From positions 1 to 49,502 of the forward strand of contig JAFGPP010000127.1 of assembly GCA_016936135.1 (NCBI GenBank): a DNA stretch of 49,502 nt. The letters run 5' to 3'. This document shows positions 48,526 through 49,502 of the stretch, in pieces; the first letter of the stretch is position 1, and the number at the start of each line of letters is the position of its first letter. The notes beneath the pieces are model-generated. The model was given only the letters and a program-made list of their open reading frames with translations. It searched no databases and was not told where the DNA came from. This DNA is from Thermoplasmatota archaeon. GTDB taxonomy: Archaea > Thermoplasmatota > E2 > DHVEG-1. The position numbers and the translations under genes are program-made.

Positions 48526-49502
48526 GTGGAAAATCTAAGTGATATTGGTGAAAGAAAAGCAATTGATATCATTAGTGACATAGTAAGTAAAGGATCAGAG
48601 GCTGTTGGTATTGGTGATGATTGTGCAGCGTTTGACAATGGTAATGATTTTTTACTGGTTTCAACTGATATGATTGCAGATGAAACACACATTCCAGAAA
48701 AAATGTCGCCTTGGCAAATTGGTTGGTATTCGATCTCAGTTAATCTTAGTGATATTGCTGCAAAGGGCGGATTTCCCCTTGGTCTGGTCCTTTCCCTTGG
48801 CTTACCAAAGAATACCTCGGTAAATTTTTTAAAAGAACTGGTGAAGGGGGCTGATGATTGTGCAAAAACCTATAAAACTTCAATTGTGGGCGGAGATACA
48901 AAGGAACACAGACACTTAACAATTTGCGGAACAGTATTTGGCAAGGTAAAGAAAAACGAATTTATGAGCAGGTACGGTATGAAATCCGGAGAAATTCTGG
49001 CAGTAACAGGACATTTAGGAAAGGCAGGGGCAGGATATTTGGCAATTAAATTGAAAAATAAAAACAAGAATTATTTTAAAGATCTTCTTGAACCAAAACC
49101 AAGGGTTAAAGAGGGCAGGCTAATGGCGGAAGAACAAATTATTACATCATGCATGGATATTTCCGATGGCCTTTCCTCGTCTCTATATCAACTGGCAAAA
49201 ATTAATGGCCTTGGATTTTGCATACACAAAGAAAAAATTCCCATTTCTTCTCTTCTTAAAAAAATTGCAAATGAAAACAAAAATATTGACATATTTGACT
49301 ATTCAATAAATTTCGGTGGAGATTTTGAGTTGTTATTTACTTTGCCAAAGAATAAATTTAAACAACTTCAACTCTCTTTAAAAAGAATTAATTGTCCCAT
49401 TACAGCAATTGGTGAAGTAACAAAAGAAACTGAAATTATTTTAAAAGATGGGAATAATTTTTCAAAAATTTTAAACAGCGGTTACGAACATTTCAAATCA
49501 AA
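48526..49502 (+). CDS. thiL: Thiamine-monophosphate kinase ThiL (3'-truncated by the window end; not in the ORF track)
   Basis: My own translation: (V/M)ENLSDIGERKAIDII...IGDDCAAF...LLVSTDMIADETHIP...ISVNLSDIAAKGGFPLG...IVGGDT...AVTGHLGKAGAG...CMDISDGLSSSL. This is the PurM-superfamily ThiL pattern. The start could be GTG 48526 or TTG 48514. The ORF is open to the last base. Confidence 0.7.
   Translation, partial: MENLSDIGERKAIDIISDIVSKGSEAVGIGDDCAAFDNGNDFLLVSTDMIADETHIPEKMSPWQIGWYSISVNLSDIAAKGGFPLGLVLSLGLPKNTSVNFLKELVKGADDCAKTYKTSIVGGDTKEHRHLTICGTVFGKVKKNEFMSRYGMKSGEILAVTGHLGKAGAGYLAIKLKNKNKNYFKDLLEPKPRVKEGRLMAEEQIITSCMDISDGLSSSLYQLAKINGLGFCIHKEKIPISSLLKKIANENKNIDIFDYSINFGGDFELLFTLPKNKFKQLQLSLKRINCPITAIGEVTKETEIILKDGNNFSKILNSGYEHFKS

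Noticed and set aside
48462-48692. 76-aa minus-strand ORF.
   Set aside because: It is antisense to the N-terminal region of thiL, whose translation carries clear ThiL/PurM-superfamily motifs.

Overview
This is an AT-rich, densely coding archaeal chromosomal segment. Archaeal markers include methanogen-type SerRS, ribosomal proteins S3Ae and S17e, prefoldin beta, archaeal riboflavin synthase with RibL, TrmI, EndoQ, an Nre-like protein, Mre11-Rad50 and KEOPS Pcc1. I support about 47 CDS and two tRNA genes. I found no rRNA, CRISPR array, transposase or integrase.

Housekeeping blocks:
- tRNA-modification and radical-SAM genes at 3.1-5.7 kb.
- A dCTP-deaminase-family gene plus two cyclophilins.
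- Nre with an SplB-like radical SAM gene.
- A nox-like gene followed by mre11-rad50.
- A ribB-ribL-ribC-ribH operon, uppS, gyrB-gyrA, a purS-purL operon, purM, and a 3'-truncated thiL.

Interspersed are secreted or membrane proteins. The most notable are two tandem ~950-aa gingipain-like (C25, clan CD) peptidase paralogs. There is also an Ntn-hydrolase-like protein, a PQQ-propeller/PKD protein, a Vps62/DUF946-like membrane protein and a protein with a PGF-CTERM-like tail.

Three items are missing from, or masked by, the ORF track:
- rps17e (23394-23615, minus strand), whose only plausible start is CTG.
- tRNA-Leu(UAG), hidden under a spurious ORF.
- An initiator tRNA-Met interrupted by a 55-nt insert in the 5' acceptor strand, with a eukaryote-like C33 anticodon loop.

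Other leads are a 51-nt perfectly identical block inside the otherwise diverged peptidase paralogs, and an uncharacterised, translationally coupled GTPase/DUF2073/Zn-ribbon operon.

All family assignments come from motif recognition by eye. No database search was run.
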